The position numbers were made by a program, and so were the translations under genes. A stretch of 64,000 nt of DNA from a virus (taxonomy: Duplodnaviria; Caudoviricetes): the IMG/VR virus record IMGVR_UViG_2786546892_000017. The stretch is one strand, 5' to 3'. This document shows, piece by piece, positions 35,142-45,213 of the stretch. Position 1 is the stretch's first letter, and every line of letters begins with the position of its first letter. The notes beneath the pieces are model-generated. The model saw only the letters and a program-made list of their open reading frames with translations. It had not been told where the DNA came from and did not search any database.

Positions 35142-35858
35142 TTACGTCTTCGACAGATTCACATTGACTTGCACCGCCGGCTGAGCCGGATCTGGCGATA
35201 CTGACGATACTGACGATAGCAGTTGCGCGGCCGACTGGTTACCATCCAGCTTCCACGACCGGACCAAGCCACTCGTCGCTTGATAAGCCGCCTGCGTGCC
35301 CCGAGCGTCAGCCGCAAAGCTCATTGCCCCCTTCGCGGCTATGCCGTACTTGGCCGCCTCTTGGATCGCGTCTTGGTTCGCACCCAGGAACAGGAATTGC
35401 CAGCCATATTTGGTCGTCTGGTGTGCCACCCGCTCGTTCAATTGGACACGCGTGAACAGCCGAGACTGGTTTTCTTCGCCGTCGGTCATGATGACGACGA
35501 CCACCTTGTCTGGGCGGTCCGCATCGCTCATGCGGGCGAGCCGGGTGCCGGTGCGGTCGATGGCGATGCATACCGCGTCGATCAAAGCCGTGCCGCCCCG
35601 CGGTTTGAACGTTTCGGCCGACAACCGAGGGGCATCGGTCTGTGGCTTGGCTTCGAACACGACGAGCGGGAACTCCTCGCCCGCACCCCGGGCCGACGCC
35701 GTGTCATCGAATTGGATCATTGTCCAACACCCTTCGCCGGGCACCCGCGTCTGTTCCTCGACAAACGTGTTGAACCCGGCGATCGTTGCTTCCTTGATGG
35801 ACGACATCGAGCCCGATCGGTCCAGGATCATCGTGATGTCCGTGAAATCTCTCGGCAT
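35142..35858 (-). CDS. von Willebrand factor A domain protein
   Basis: ILDRSGSM (MIDAS), PRGGTALIDA, IMTDGEENQS, WQFLFLGANQDA. Confidence 0.93.
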   Translation of the reverse strand: MPRDFTDITMILDRSGSMSSIKEATIAGFNTFVEEQTRVPGEGCWTMIQFDDTASARGAGEEFPLVVFEAKPQTDAPRLSAETFKPRGGTALIDAVCIAIDRTGTRLARMSDADRPDKVVVVIMTDGEENQSRLFTRVQLNERVAHQTTKYGWQFLFLGANQDAIQEAAKYGIAAKGAMSFAADARGTQAAYQATSGLVRSWKLDGNQSAAQLLSSVSSVSPDPAQPAVQVNVNLSKT

Positions 35859-35908
35859 ACCGTCAACCCTCGTGTCGTTGTGTAAAAGTTCGTACCCACC
35901 CCACCCCT

Positions 35909-35935
35909 ACTTTACCCGCCCGCGTTGCCTGAGTC
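35909..35935 (-). promoter_or_regulatory. class-A promoter
   Basis: GACTCAGGCAAC-N9-TAAAGT. Confidence 0.75.
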
Positions 35936-35945
35936 GGCCACCGGC

Positions 35946-36314
35946 TCACCCGTACCCCTTGTCGAGCGGGTCCGGCCCAGTCGCCGGGTCGAAGTCGGGT
36001 CCGTAAGGGTCGACCGGCTTGGGATCTACCAGCCTCGCTTTTATCGCCTCGCCCCCCGTTACAGGCTCAAACCGCTCGCGAAATGTCTCGTCGCCCGCCA
36101 CCTCAACCGCGATCCCATCCCTGAGAATGAGCCAGTCGCCCGGGTGGACGTCTTGTCCCGTGGCCACCAACTGCCAGGCCGATGCGTACTTCAGGCGGGC
36201 GGGGTCGGGGCGGTGTCGCAGCCCCATTGCCACCACCAGGCGAGGATCAGAATGAGTTGTCTCGGGCCACTGGACAGCCTCGACGGTGACAGGTTTGGTG
36301 CGGAACGTCGGCAT
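35946..36314 (-). CDS. conserved small phage protein
   Basis: FRTKPVTVEAVQW...PGDWLI...F.ERFE. Confidence 0.7.
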   Translation of the reverse strand: MPTFRTKPVTVEAVQWPETTHSDPRLVVAMGLRHRPDPARLKYASAWQLVATGQDVHPGDWLILRDGIAVEVAGDETFRERFEPVTGGEAIKARLVDPKPVDPYGPDFDPATGPDPLDKGYG

Positions 36315-36610
36315 TACTCATACTCCGCCACAGTCTGGAACATCGCCCCAAATTCGCCGCCCGTGTACACCACCCTGGCTGTCGCTCCGTACCACGCCTC
36401 GAAGTCTACGAGCCAGTCCCCCGCCGTCAGGGCCCGGTCCGCGAACGGGCACACGTAGACAACCTGCCCCTCGTGGGGAGCGGCGAGGATCTTGTAACGT
36501 GCGGCTTGGTCTATGTCGCCGGGGCGGAATTGCTCGGCCTCGACGGGCACGGTCCGGCCCACGATCGTGGACGGGACGTGTGGTTGCAGGACGAATCGCG
36601 GCATGGTCAC
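36314..36610 (-). CDS. paralogue of 35946-36314
   Basis: VPVEAEQF...AGDWLV...FGAMFQ. Confidence 0.6.
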   Translation of the reverse strand: MTMPRFVLQPHVPSTIVGRTVPVEAEQFRPGDIDQAARYKILAAPHEGQVVYVCPFADRALTAGDWLVDFEAWYGATARVVYTGGEFGAMFQTVAEYE

Positions 36611-36844
36611 TTGTCCCCTTTCTTCTTCTTTGCATCCCGTCCGATCTTTGCCATTTCCTTCGCTAGAGACGCGATGGCGCCAGATGACATCAGTGTAATG
36701 GTGAACGAATCCCTAGCGGTGTAGATGGTCAGTTGAAAGAGGTCGTCGAAATCATCGCCCCTGCTGTTCTTTTGGGGCGCAGCCTCTACAGTGGGGCAAT
36801 CGGCGTTCACGGATACAATGTGCGCCACAACTCAACCCTCTGGC

Positions 36845-37222
36845 CTACCCGATCCTCACCGACCCGCCCGCCGAAATACTCCCGCCCAGCCGACCCGCTG
36901 CCCTGACGCTGCCGCCCGCCGTAACATCCCCGGCGACGGAGCCACACGTTACCGACCCGCCAGCCGACACGTCATTCGCATTTCCGGTGACAGTTGCATC
37001 CCCGTCGGCCGTCAGGTTGCCGACATCGCCCGTGATGTTCACGACCACGCTACCGGACTGCGAATAGGTCGTCGCCTTCCGGCCGCCGATCGTGACGATA
37101 CCGTTGACGATCGAGATGTTGGCGCCCGCGGGCATGTCGATGGCGACGCCGTTGATGGTCATTTGGCCCATGTTTCCGCCTCTGATGTTGATGCTCACGG
37201 TGTCACATCCCCGACGAATCAA
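36845..37222 (-). CDS. Gly-rich beta-solenoid-like protein
   Basis: repeats VSAGGSVT/VTAGGSVR/ISAGGSVR. Confidence 0.65.
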   Translation of the reverse strand: MIRRGCDTVSINIRGGNMGQMTINGVAIDMPAGANISIVNGIVTIGGRKATTYSQSGSVVVNITGDVGNLTADGDATVTGNANDVSAGGSVTCGSVAGDVTAGGSVRAAGRLGGSISAGGSVRIG

Positions 37223-37523
37223 ACGACGAACCGCCGCAATCGAAATTACCGCCCCCGCCCCCGAAGTCCATCGGGCTGGAGTCTGCCGGCGGCGAGATAG
37301 ACGGCGCGGACGTATCGGGGCACAAAGGCGGCGACGAATGGTGCGACAAAGTGTCGCTATAGATCCCGTACGGGCACAGGGGACTGAGGATGTTCAGCGG
37401 CGACAGGATGTTCGTCGGGTTGGTCAAATCGTCGGAAGGTGTGGGCGGCGGCAATGCCCCACCCACGAACGACTTCGATTTCTCGCCCTTCTTCTCTTTT
37501 GGCTTGCGGTTCCACGGCCACAT
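37203..37523 (-). CDS. low-complexity hypothetical protein
   Basis: GGAG RBS; ends DFGGGGGNFDCGGSS; follows a class-A promoter. Confidence 0.6.
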   Translation of the reverse strand: MWPWNRKPKEKKGEKSKSFVGGALPPPTPSDDLTNPTNILSPLNILSPLCPYGIYSDTLSHHSSPPLCPDTSAPSISPPADSSPMDFGGGGGNFDCGGSSFDSSGM

Positions 37524-37562
37524 GAGTCGGTCTCCGTCGGGTGAAGTTAGTCGCCCGTGATC

Positions 37563-37632
37563 ATCCTACCCGCTCGCGTTGCCTGAGTGATTTCGGGAGC
37601 CGCACGAGTCAGGCAACGGGAGGCGGTAGAGT
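37563..37632. promoter_or_regulatory. back-to-back pair of class-A promoters
   Basis: minus CTCAGGCAAC-N9-TAGGAT (37563-37587); plus GTCAGGCAAC-N9-TAGAGT (37608-37632). Confidence 0.8.
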
Positions 37633-38096
37633 AGATGGCGAGGGCGAATCATCCACCGGGGTCACGAAATGACAGCACGGGGCATCGAGAATCTGAATTG
37701 GTCGTCAGGCGTTGTCGGCGTGACTTTCGGCGTCTTGGGAGTCACTGGTGGGGTTCTGAATTGGTGGTCCGACCCAGTGATTGCTTCATTGCTTACCGTC
37801 GGCCTTCTTTCGCCGTTCAACCTCATGATGGCGTACAGGCTTCGCACGCAACGTCTGCAAACTCACGGGGATCATAAATGACCTACCACGCCGCCACACT
37901 CGGCCAGATCCGGCAAGCCGTCAACGCCTTCATCGAACGGCTCGGGCCGGATGCCCCGATCCGCCACCGAGTCGACCACGACTTCCTCACCCTGTGGTGG
38001 GTGCAGGTGGACTTTGCGACGGGGCAGGTTGTGACCGAGGGGCCGACGCCGAGTCAGGCGAATGCCGTGCTGGTCGACTGAACAGGAGAATCCACT

Positions 38097-38567
38097 GTGT
38101 CTCGTTCCACATCTGATCTTTACCAGAGGGTCAGAGAAAGCGTCCCTTGTCATCTTGAGGAGGCCATCCCTGTGAGCTTCGGAAAATACATCTATCTCGG
38201 ACCCTATGTTGTCTGCCAACGTCCGGCGACAATGGGTCAGGACGACTACATGGCCATGAAGCGGGAATTCCACGACGATAAGGATCGCCTCATCTGCATG
38301 CGGCGAGACACTCGTAACGATGACCGCGTGGCCACTAGGCACGTCTGGACGTCCAACCGCCGCGACGCCGAACCGTCCGGCCGGTCGTGGCACCTACCCT
38401 GGAACGATGCGACGGTCGCGGCTTACGACGCCGCTGACGTGCAAACCGACACCGCCATCTTCAATTCCTTCTACAAAGTCGAGCTGCACATGCTGAGGAA
38501 GTTCTACGGGACCGACAACGTAGCCGTGCGGTGGGGCTTGCTGCACTTTTGGATGGGCGACGAATGA
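38097..38567 (+). CDS. hypothetical protein
   Basis: AGGAG RBS; part of a plus-strand moron operon (37669-39758). Confidence 0.6.
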   Translation: MSRSTSDLYQRVRESVPCHLEEAIPVSFGKYIYLGPYVVCQRPATMGQDDYMAMKREFHDDKDRLICMRRDTRNDDRVATRHVWTSNRRDAEPSGRSWHLPWNDATVAAYDAADVQTDTAIFNSFYKVELHMLRKFYGTDNVAVRWGLLHFWMGDE

Positions 38568-39026
38568 TCCCCCGCATCCCCCGCTCCTTCACCCACCTAA
38601 TGCGACTCGAATGCTACGCCTTCAACCGCTGGCGGCGGACGCTCTCGCCGCTCTGGTTAAGACTTGGGGCGGCGTGCAATCGGGCGGTCAAAGATCACCC
38701 CGAGTACCGAGGAGTCTGATGACGAACGAACAGATCGTGGAAGCCCTTGAGACATTCGTTGACGAAGCCGACGTCAACGTCGAGGGGGACGGTCGTGTTG
38801 TCTTCGCTACAAAGCTCCGGCCGGGCGAAGGGGAAACGTACGGCGACGTGGCGGGCGACGAGATGTGGCAGATCAAATGGGAACTCGACCATCTCGGGTT
38901 AGAATCCCCCGACATCGCCCATGAGGGGAAATGGGTCTGTGGGTCGGTCCGTGAGAAATCACCGCCGCCTTTCCCGCCCGACTTGTTCGCCCCCGTCACC
39001 ACCCCCGCCTACTCCGGGTACATCGT

Positions 39027-39758
39027 ATGACCGAGAGGGACGCCCTGCTGCGGGCGGTACTGGAGAACCCAGACGACGACTTGCCGCGTCTGGTGATGGC
39101 GGACTGGCTGGAAGAACACGGCCAAGAGAGCGAGGCGGTGAAAATTAGATATGGCGTGGCCAATCCGCATGAAACAGAGGGGAAATATTTGGCCCAAGCC
39201 ATGTCGTTCGCATCTATTCGTCGCGGCTTCATCGAACAAGTTGCGTGCCCGTGCGAAGTGTTTATGGCCAAGGCGGGGGAGTGGTTCGGAGTGCAGCCAA
39301 TTACGCGGGTGGTACTAAGCGACAAGCGGCCACATCTTCCGCACGTCGGGAGACCGGGCGAGACAAGGCATCTGGACTACAGCCCCTGGAAAGCTTTCTA
39401 TTGGAACTCACCCTACCACTGGAGCGAGCGGTTCATGGACTGGCGAGGCGATAATTCGGTCCCCCATGTCCTGCCCGCACAATTGCTTTCTCGGTTCCCT
39501 CCGGAATACGTAAAAGCTGTATACGAACAAGAAAACGGCCAGCGGGGTATGCACCGCCGCGGCTACGAATTCCCTGCACACAAAACGATAACGTCGTTGC
39601 ACTGGGATAACCAAATTTCATACCGACTTATCTACAGTCCACAGAGTTTTAATTTGTCCTTTGACCCCGAGCGATACTCCGAGATTTGCCTGTCCGCTGC
39701 CTGCGTCTCCTACGGCCGCACCCTCGCCGGATTGTCCCCGTACACGCCGGGAGTTTAG
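39027..39758 (+). CDS. TIGR02996-domain protein
   Basis: MTERDALLRAVLENPDDDLPRLVMADWLEEHG...RRGFIEQV...QPITRVVL. Confidence 0.92.
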   Translation: MTERDALLRAVLENPDDDLPRLVMADWLEEHGQESEAVKIRYGVANPHETEGKYLAQAMSFASIRRGFIEQVACPCEVFMAKAGEWFGVQPITRVVLSDKRPHLPHVGRPGETRHLDYSPWKAFYWNSPYHWSERFMDWRGDNSVPHVLPAQLLSRFPPEYVKAVYEQENGQRGMHRRGYEFPAHKTITSLHWDNQISYRLIYSPQSFNLSFDPERYSEICLSAACVSYGRTLAGLSPYTPGV

Positions 39759-41404
39759 CGGCCCCCGCCCGCCACGGCGACGACGAGGCCGCCGCTCCTG
39801 CCCTCGTAGTACGCCAAGTTCATCGCGTCCATTCCATCTGGGGATCGGCCAATTTTCTTCTTGGTGTCATCTTTCGGCTCGACGCTTCGCCGGCCCTTTG
39901 AGTCGGGCCACCAGATCGGCGCCAACGCCTGCGATTCGAGACGAGCCACGACCCCCGACTTCCGGGCGTTCAACGCGGCGAGACTTAGCCGCCCACTTTT
40001 CGCCCGCTCGACCGTCGAGAACCACAGCTCGTGCCTCACCTTCTCGTACTTATCAGAATCCTTAGCCGTCTCGGAGCTGTTAACCGGAATCACGTTGTAT
40101 TTATCGGCCCGGAGGATGCTGACAACGCCGCCCCCGCACCCGGTATCATCGACCTTCATCTTGATCTGCTTTGCTGTGACCGCTGGTAGCGTCTTCGGTC
40201 TATCCTTGTTAGCTAATGCCGCTAATTCGGCCACCACATCCTTCAGCCGTGTGGCCACGCGGACTTCATCCCACCCATTCACAGCCTCGTGGTCCAAGCT
40301 CACGTTACCCCACCGGGAATGCGTCTCGGTCCAGTCGTCGCCGAAGCGGGCCACGTCGCAACCCAACTCCGGAAACTCGTTCATCCGGTGCGGAGACCGA
40401 TCATCATTTTTTACCGCCATCGACCACAACGCCTCGGACCATACCCCGTAAGTTCCGGCCGAGGGTCGCCGGCCGAGAACCCTGGCTTCGCCCAGTGGCC
40501 CGGGTCGCCACCACTGTCCGCTGCCGGGCGGGAATTCAATGTCCGTCGCCGCATGAGAGTCCGCCGCGATTCGTTCGAACCAATCTCCCAGCCACGTCCT
40601 GACCTGTTCGACAGACACCGCGTTCGGGATCGGTACGGGCAGCGGTAACTCGCCCCGTGCGATCCGCCCCTCGTTCTCCAGGCCGACGGCTATGTTCGGG
40701 TGGCTGAGGCTACTGACCGTGAACACCTGCCACTTACGAAGCCCGTCAGCGCCCACCGCTCGCTCTTCGATGAAACTCTGACTGGTCGTCGTCGTGGGGT
40801 TCAGAATCGCGAAGAAAGCGTGGTCGCCGTTGGGGTGGAACATCGTCTCCGCCGTCTGCCAGTAGTTCGCACTGACGCCCTCGGCCTCATCGAATACGAA
40901 CAACATCCGGGCGCGGTGCCGCCCCTGGAAACTCTCACCTTTGCTGGCCGTGTACCCTTTGGCGTAGTGGTCGTCGCCCGTGCGCATCTCGGGCGCCGCG
41001 GGACCGATGAAGTCGAACGGGAGAGGTAGTTTCGCACGCTGCCGTTGCAGCCTCACTTCAGTCCAAAGGAGATCCACCACGTCCCGCTTTGTGGGCGCCG
41101 TGGTAATGGCCACCCCGGGCTTCCGGGTGTCGTACCACCAGTTGACGAGCCACGCCGCAAGAAACGTCTTTCCGATCGAATGGCCCGACTTCACGAGCAC
41201 TCGGTACGGTGGGCAGAGAATGGCCGGTGCGATTTGGGATTGATCTGGCGTGGGTAGAATACCAAGCACGTCACGCGCGTAACCGAGAGGATCATTCAAG
41301 TAGGCAGAGAAATCCCGATCGATGCTGGCTGAATCGTCACCCATCTCTTCTTCGATCTGACGGGCGAGGCGGTCGATGGCGTTGCTCGTTGCGAACGACT
41401 TCAC
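39755..41404 (-). CDS. terL: terminase large subunit
   Basis: VKSGHSIGKT (Walker A), LFVFDEAEG (Walker B), GCDVARFGDD, VDDTGCGGGV, RSPDGMDAMNLA. Confidence 0.95.
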   Translation of the reverse strand: MKSFATSNAIDRLARQIEEEMGDDSASIDRDFSAYLNDPLGYARDVLGILPTPDQSQIAPAILCPPYRVLVKSGHSIGKTFLAAWLVNWWYDTRKPGVAITTAPTKRDVVDLLWTEVRLQRQRAKLPLPFDFIGPAAPEMRTGDDHYAKGYTASKGESFQGRHRARMLFVFDEAEGVSANYWQTAETMFHPNGDHAFFAILNPTTTTSQSFIEERAVGADGLRKWQVFTVSSLSHPNIAVGLENEGRIARGELPLPVPIPNAVSVEQVRTWLGDWFERIAADSHAATDIEFPPGSGQWWRPGPLGEARVLGRRPSAGTYGVWSEALWSMAVKNDDRSPHRMNEFPELGCDVARFGDDWTETHSRWGNVSLDHEAVNGWDEVRVATRLKDVVAELAALANKDRPKTLPAVTAKQIKMKVDDTGCGGGVVSILRADKYNVIPVNSSETAKDSDKYEKVRHELWFSTVERAKSGRLSLAALNARKSGVVARLESQALAPIWWPDSKGRRSVEPKDDTKKKIGRSPDGMDAMNLAYYEGRSGGLVVAVAGGGR

Positions 41405-41970
41405 TTCTTGCCCGCCCGCTTCGCCGTGAGCTCCGCCAGTTTCTCCGATAATTCTTTCACCTTGTCCGCCATGCCCAGTAACCCGACGAGTTCGACCCGC
41501 TTCTCAACACAGTAGCCCACGATGCGAAGAAATTCGGCCGACCCGTCCCGCCCAGCTTTCTTCACCTTCCGGCTAATCGGTGTGCCGGGCAGAGGCGGGG
41601 CGTTGTCACCTGCCACAGCCGGAACATCTTCAACGTCAATCGTCACCGCATCAGCCTGGCTCCGCTCCCACGCCCGCCACGCCTCTGCCTCGACGCGGTC
41701 CAGTTTCGCCATCTCTTGGGCCACTCGCCGCCCGTAAGCAGTCCGGGCTTCCTTCACCCACTCCGCGCGGATCGCCTTCAGGTCTTCGCTGATGACCGAC
41801 TGGGTAACCCCGACATCGGGCGAGTTGGCAATGTCCCATTGGGTATGCCCGGTCAGATACAACCGAGCCACGATCGCTCGTCGGGCGGTAATTGCAGTGT
41901 CGACGGCTGTGGAGCGGCGGCTCACTCGGTATTGCCTTAAACGTATTGGGCCACGGCCGCTCCGCCACAC
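41401..41970 (-). CDS. terS: terminase small subunit (HTH)
   Basis: RRAIVARLYLTG.TQWDIA...VISEDLKAIRAEW; adjacent to TerL; start uncertain. Confidence 0.75.
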   Translation of the reverse strand: MWRSGRGPIRLRQYRVSRRSTAVDTAITARRAIVARLYLTGHTQWDIANSPDVGVTQSVISEDLKAIRAEWVKEARTAYGRRVAQEMAKLDRVEAEAWRAWERSQADAVTIDVEDVPAVAGDNAPPLPGTPISRKVKKAGRDGSAEFLRIVGYCVEKRVELVGLLGMADKVKELSEKLAELTAKRAGKK

Positions 41971-42020
41971 AGGGTTACTGAGCGGGAAACGGCGGGTTGA
42001 GCGGTGGCCATGATACCCTG

Positions 42021-42044
42021 ATAGTGCGGGGCGGGCGGGAACTA
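42021..42044 (-). promoter_or_regulatory. class-B (late) promoter for the terminase operon
   Basis: TAGTTCCC-N10-CACTAT; the TAG is the upstream stop. Confidence 0.8.
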
Positions 42045-42560
42045 CGCTGGAGGGGTGACATTGGCATCGTGGAGCCGCCCCTTAGCCCACGCGATGGACG
42101 CGGGCATGTTCTCGACGGTGTCAACCACCACCTCGTGCGTATCGCTTCCGCATGTTTCCAATCGCTCGATTTGTCCAAACTCCTTGTCAAGAACGAGAAT
42201 GTCAAAGCGTGGCTTCTCGGATGACAACTGGTCTAGCTTGTATCCGAGTTCGGTCAGATTTTTCAGCGACGGCGGGCGCTTCGGGCATCCCTGATCGAGA
42301 TCGTGTTCACGGGGGCGGGAGTAGTGGTCAGTCACCTCGGCCGAGATGCCCATAACCACCATCTCTTCTTCCCATGTGGTCTGGGTGTCCTTGTCCCAAA
42401 ACACTTTGACGACCCGGATATTGGTCGGTGCCGGGGAAACAGTAACCGCCCGCGGACGGAAAAAGTACACTCGCGGGTCCGGCTTGTATCGCCGGGGTTC
42501 ACGGGTCGCAGAGGGTTGTTCAGCGGACATAATCGGCTCCCCATTGGTAATGGAAATCAC
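42042..42560 (-). CDS. hypothetical protein
   Basis: coupled ORF. Confidence 0.6.
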   Translation of the reverse strand: MISITNGEPIMSAEQPSATREPRRYKPDPRVYFFRPRAVTVSPAPTNIRVVKVFWDKDTQTTWEEEMVVMGISAEVTDHYSRPREHDLDQGCPKRPPSLKNLTELGYKLDQLSSEKPRFDILVLDKEFGQIERLETCGSDTHEVVVDTVENMPASIAWAKGRLHDANVTPPA

Positions 42561-43588
42561 TCGCCGTCGACCTGAATCACACCGCCCGGCGGGTTCTGGC
42601 CCGTCCCGAATAGGACCCGGGCTTCTTCGTCACTCATCCCGTCAAGGGGGAGGGTTTGTATCGCTTTCCTGAACGCCGCCCAACGGCTCCCGGGTCCGCT
42701 ACGTGGGGAAAGTCGAACAGGAACTGGTGGCGGTTCAGGATCGATGACCCGCCCCGACATCGTGCGGTTCCCGTTCGCTATCGGAGGCATGTTGTAAAAC
42801 CTCCGCAGCTCGTTCACGGTGATGGCGTCAATGCGAAATCCGAGTTGGATGCTGTCGTCCCAGCCACCAGGGTTGCCTGGTGGCCCCCACCGCTCGACCT
42901 CCACCGTCACCCCCAAATCCGCTGTCAGTAACGCGGCGGCGTGATCCTGATAATATTGGAAGGTGTTTGCGAACGGCACAGCGGGCCATCCAGCAAAATC
43001 TTGCGGCCAAGAGCCCCGGTAAATGGTTCTCGCACCATCCCGCATCTCGAACCCCATCGCCTTGTCGTTGCCGTCCATAAACAGCCACAGATTCTCGGCC
43101 GCCAGCCCGATCCGCTCCAGCCCCGGGCACGCCCGCACGAATTCCCGGGCGTGGGGGAGGAATCGGGAGGGGGTCACACGGTCGATACCCCGGACGAGCC
43201 CGCGGTCGAATTGGAGCCAGAAACTGTCGCCGTTCCGCTCAACCACGCGGATCATTCCGCACCGCGGATCGACAGTGGCACCGGGGTCGCCATCGACCCA
43301 CGGGAGCGGTGGCAGCCACTCCCAGACGTGATCGCGGAGCAACTTGTGGGCAGTCGCCATCAGCTGCTTTTGGCGGTCTAGATTGGGCCCGGACCACCCG
43401 ATATCGACCACCCACCCGGGGATACGCTGCATCTCGCACTGTGCCCGGATAAACCACGCCCGCTCCGGTTGCCCGCCCCTCTCCTCGTACCAGTCAGCCA
43501 GCACGAGTCGGGGCAGGTCGTCGGCGGGGGCCGCGCGGACGGCTTCGAGGAGGGCGAGTTCGTCAAACGATGCGATTGCCGTCATCAT
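42557..43588 (-). CDS. TIGR02996-domain protein
   Basis: ALLEAVRAAPADDLPRLVLADWYEERGGQPERAWFIRAQCE...FDRGLV. Confidence 0.92.
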   Translation of the reverse strand: MMTAIASFDELALLEAVRAAPADDLPRLVLADWYEERGGQPERAWFIRAQCEMQRIPGWVVDIGWSGPNLDRQKQLMATAHKLLRDHVWEWLPPLPWVDGDPGATVDPRCGMIRVVERNGDSFWLQFDRGLVRGIDRVTPSRFLPHAREFVRACPGLERIGLAAENLWLFMDGNDKAMGFEMRDGARTIYRGSWPQDFAGWPAVPFANTFQYYQDHAAALLTADLGVTVEVERWGPPGNPGGWDDSIQLGFRIDAITVNELRRFYNMPPIANGNRTMSGRVIDPEPPPVPVRLSPRSGPGSRWAAFRKAIQTLPLDGMSDEEARVLFGTGQNPPGGVIQVDGE

Positions 43589-43782
43589 ACTCTCATGTTG
43601 GCGATGTTGATAAGCATATCAGCGATCTGACTAATAGTTTCCCTCACCGCGAACGCTTCCTTTTCGACTGACGTTGAAATCACGGTGTACTTATCATTCG
43701 CTTCAGCCGAAACGAAGTGGTCCAGGTTGACCAAAATCTCTCGCCCCGACACAGCACCCGTCAGTTTAAGCCAAGCGTTCAT
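43585..43782 (-). CDS. small FlbD-like protein
   Basis: WLKLT...EILVNLDHFVS.E...TVI...VRETISQI. Confidence 0.6.
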   Translation of the reverse strand: MNAWLKLTGAVSGREILVNLDHFVSAEANDKYTVISTSVEKEAFAVRETISQIADMLINIANMRV

Positions 43783-44459
43783 TTATGTCCCTCCGAAGCG
43801 AATACGGTCCCGATGAACTTCCACTTCCACCCCGCACACTCGTCAATAATCCGTGCCGTCTGGCACCCAGTCTTCCCTACCCCGCATACCGTGGGGATCG
43901 TCACACGCTCAAGCCACGTCGTCTCCAGATTGGCGGCCCCGCTGACGTACCCGACGACGACTTCCGGCCAGTCGACTCGGCCGGTCTTAATGAGGTACGC
44001 CCCGATTTGGGTTGGGGCGTCTTGCCACGGTTGGTCCGCGTTCGGTGCTACAGGGTCTACCGGCCGCGATAATGCAATCGGCCATTCGCATCGATACACA
44101 GTAAAGCTGACACAATCATCGGGGTCGATTTTGCGCACCAAGTCAGTTGGGGCCGGGTCACTGAGACCGGTGTCACCGCTGAAGGTCGGACGTTTCCAGG
44201 CGATCGGGCGTGGATTAGAGGAGACCCCGTTAGTGAACGAAAGTGGGGGCTGAATCCCTCCCAGACTGCTCCGCCCATCGGATGGTTCGACACGGTATAA
44301 CCTTACCTCCCCATCGGCGCAATGGCACCACCAGTGCCCCCGTTCGGTCGGATGACTGCGCCACTCGTTGGTTAATCCCTTGTGCATGGTCGGCCCCGCT
44401 GTGATGAATTGCCCACGGGAATCATAGCGGGGCGCGTTGCCTGACTCGCTACGCCGCAC
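43779..44459 (-). CDS. hypothetical protein
   Basis: likely start MHKGL, downstream of a class-A promoter. Confidence 0.55.
   Translation of the reverse strand: MRRSESGNAPRYDSRGQFITAGPTMHKGLTNEWRSHPTERGHWWCHCADGEVRLYRVEPSDGRSSLGGIQPPLSFTNGVSSNPRPIAWKRPTFSGDTGLSDPAPTDLVRKIDPDDCVSFTVYRCEWPIALSRPVDPVAPNADQPWQDAPTQIGAYLIKTGRVDWPEVVVGYVSGAANLETTWLERVTIPTVCGVGKTGCQTARIIDECAGWKWKFIGTVFASEGHK
44421..44447 (-). promoter_or_regulatory. class-A promoter
   Basis: GAGTCAGGCAAC-N9-TATGAT. Confidence 0.8.
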
Positions 44460-45213
44460 CCGTCACGCCGCCCACGCGGGCCGCCAACCGAAGCACCTCG
44501 GACTCGTCCACCTTCATCGCCTTGGCCTTGGCCTCAATCGCCTTAAACTCCTCTGGATACAGCCGGACGACCACCGTCTTAAATGCCGATGCGGGGGACG
44601 TGGGCGGCGGGGAGTTTTGGTTAACCGTAGCCCAGATCGCCTTGCACACGGCGGCCAGCGGCGCTTCGGAGTTACTGATCGCCACCACCCCCTTGTTGGG
44701 GTCGACCTTGACTGTCCGGTTGGGCTTCCGGTCCGCCATCGGTTCCGGCTTGCCGGGCTGCTTCGGCTCCCCGTGGATGACCGCCTTCTGAGCCTCCGGG
44801 GTCCGGATGGTGCTCTTGTTGAATACCTGGATGATCTCCCGCAGGCTCAATTCGTCGAGGTCCACGTCGCGGGAGAACTCGTCGCCCCCGACGAACACCG
44901 CGACCGCCTTCGTCTTGGCGAGCCGCTTCTGGTCCTTCATGTTCATCTCGGACATCGCCGTCAGGAGCCGATACCGCCCCGCGTATTGGGCCACCAGCCC
45001 GGGGTGCAGGCGGCCGGTCCCAACCATCGGGAGCCACTTGGCGAACGAGCACTTGAATTTCGCCATGGGCACGCCGCGGTCTTCCAGTTCGCACCAGATG
45101 GCGGCCAACCGCGAGATCGACAGGGCGGACATTCTCATCAGCCGATCGAATTCATCGACCAGTTGGCCCGTCGTCATTTGGGCCACGTTCGCCTTAGTGG
45201 TCTCGTCGTTCAT
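44449..45213 (-). CDS. hypothetical protein with a C-terminal ribbon-helix-helix-like motif
   Basis: KTVVVRLYPEEFKAIEAKA....ESEVLR. Confidence 0.65.
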   Translation of the reverse strand: MNDETTKANVAQMTTGQLVDEFDRLMRMSALSISRLAAIWCELEDRGVPMAKFKCSFAKWLPMVGTGRLHPGLVAQYAGRYRLLTAMSEMNMKDQKRLAKTKAVAVFVGGDEFSRDVDLDELSLREIIQVFNKSTIRTPEAQKAVIHGEPKQPGKPEPMADRKPNRTVKVDPNKGVVAISNSEAPLAAVCKAIWATVNQNSPPPTSPASAFKTVVVRLYPEEFKAIEAKAKAMKVDESEVLRLAARVGGVTGAA

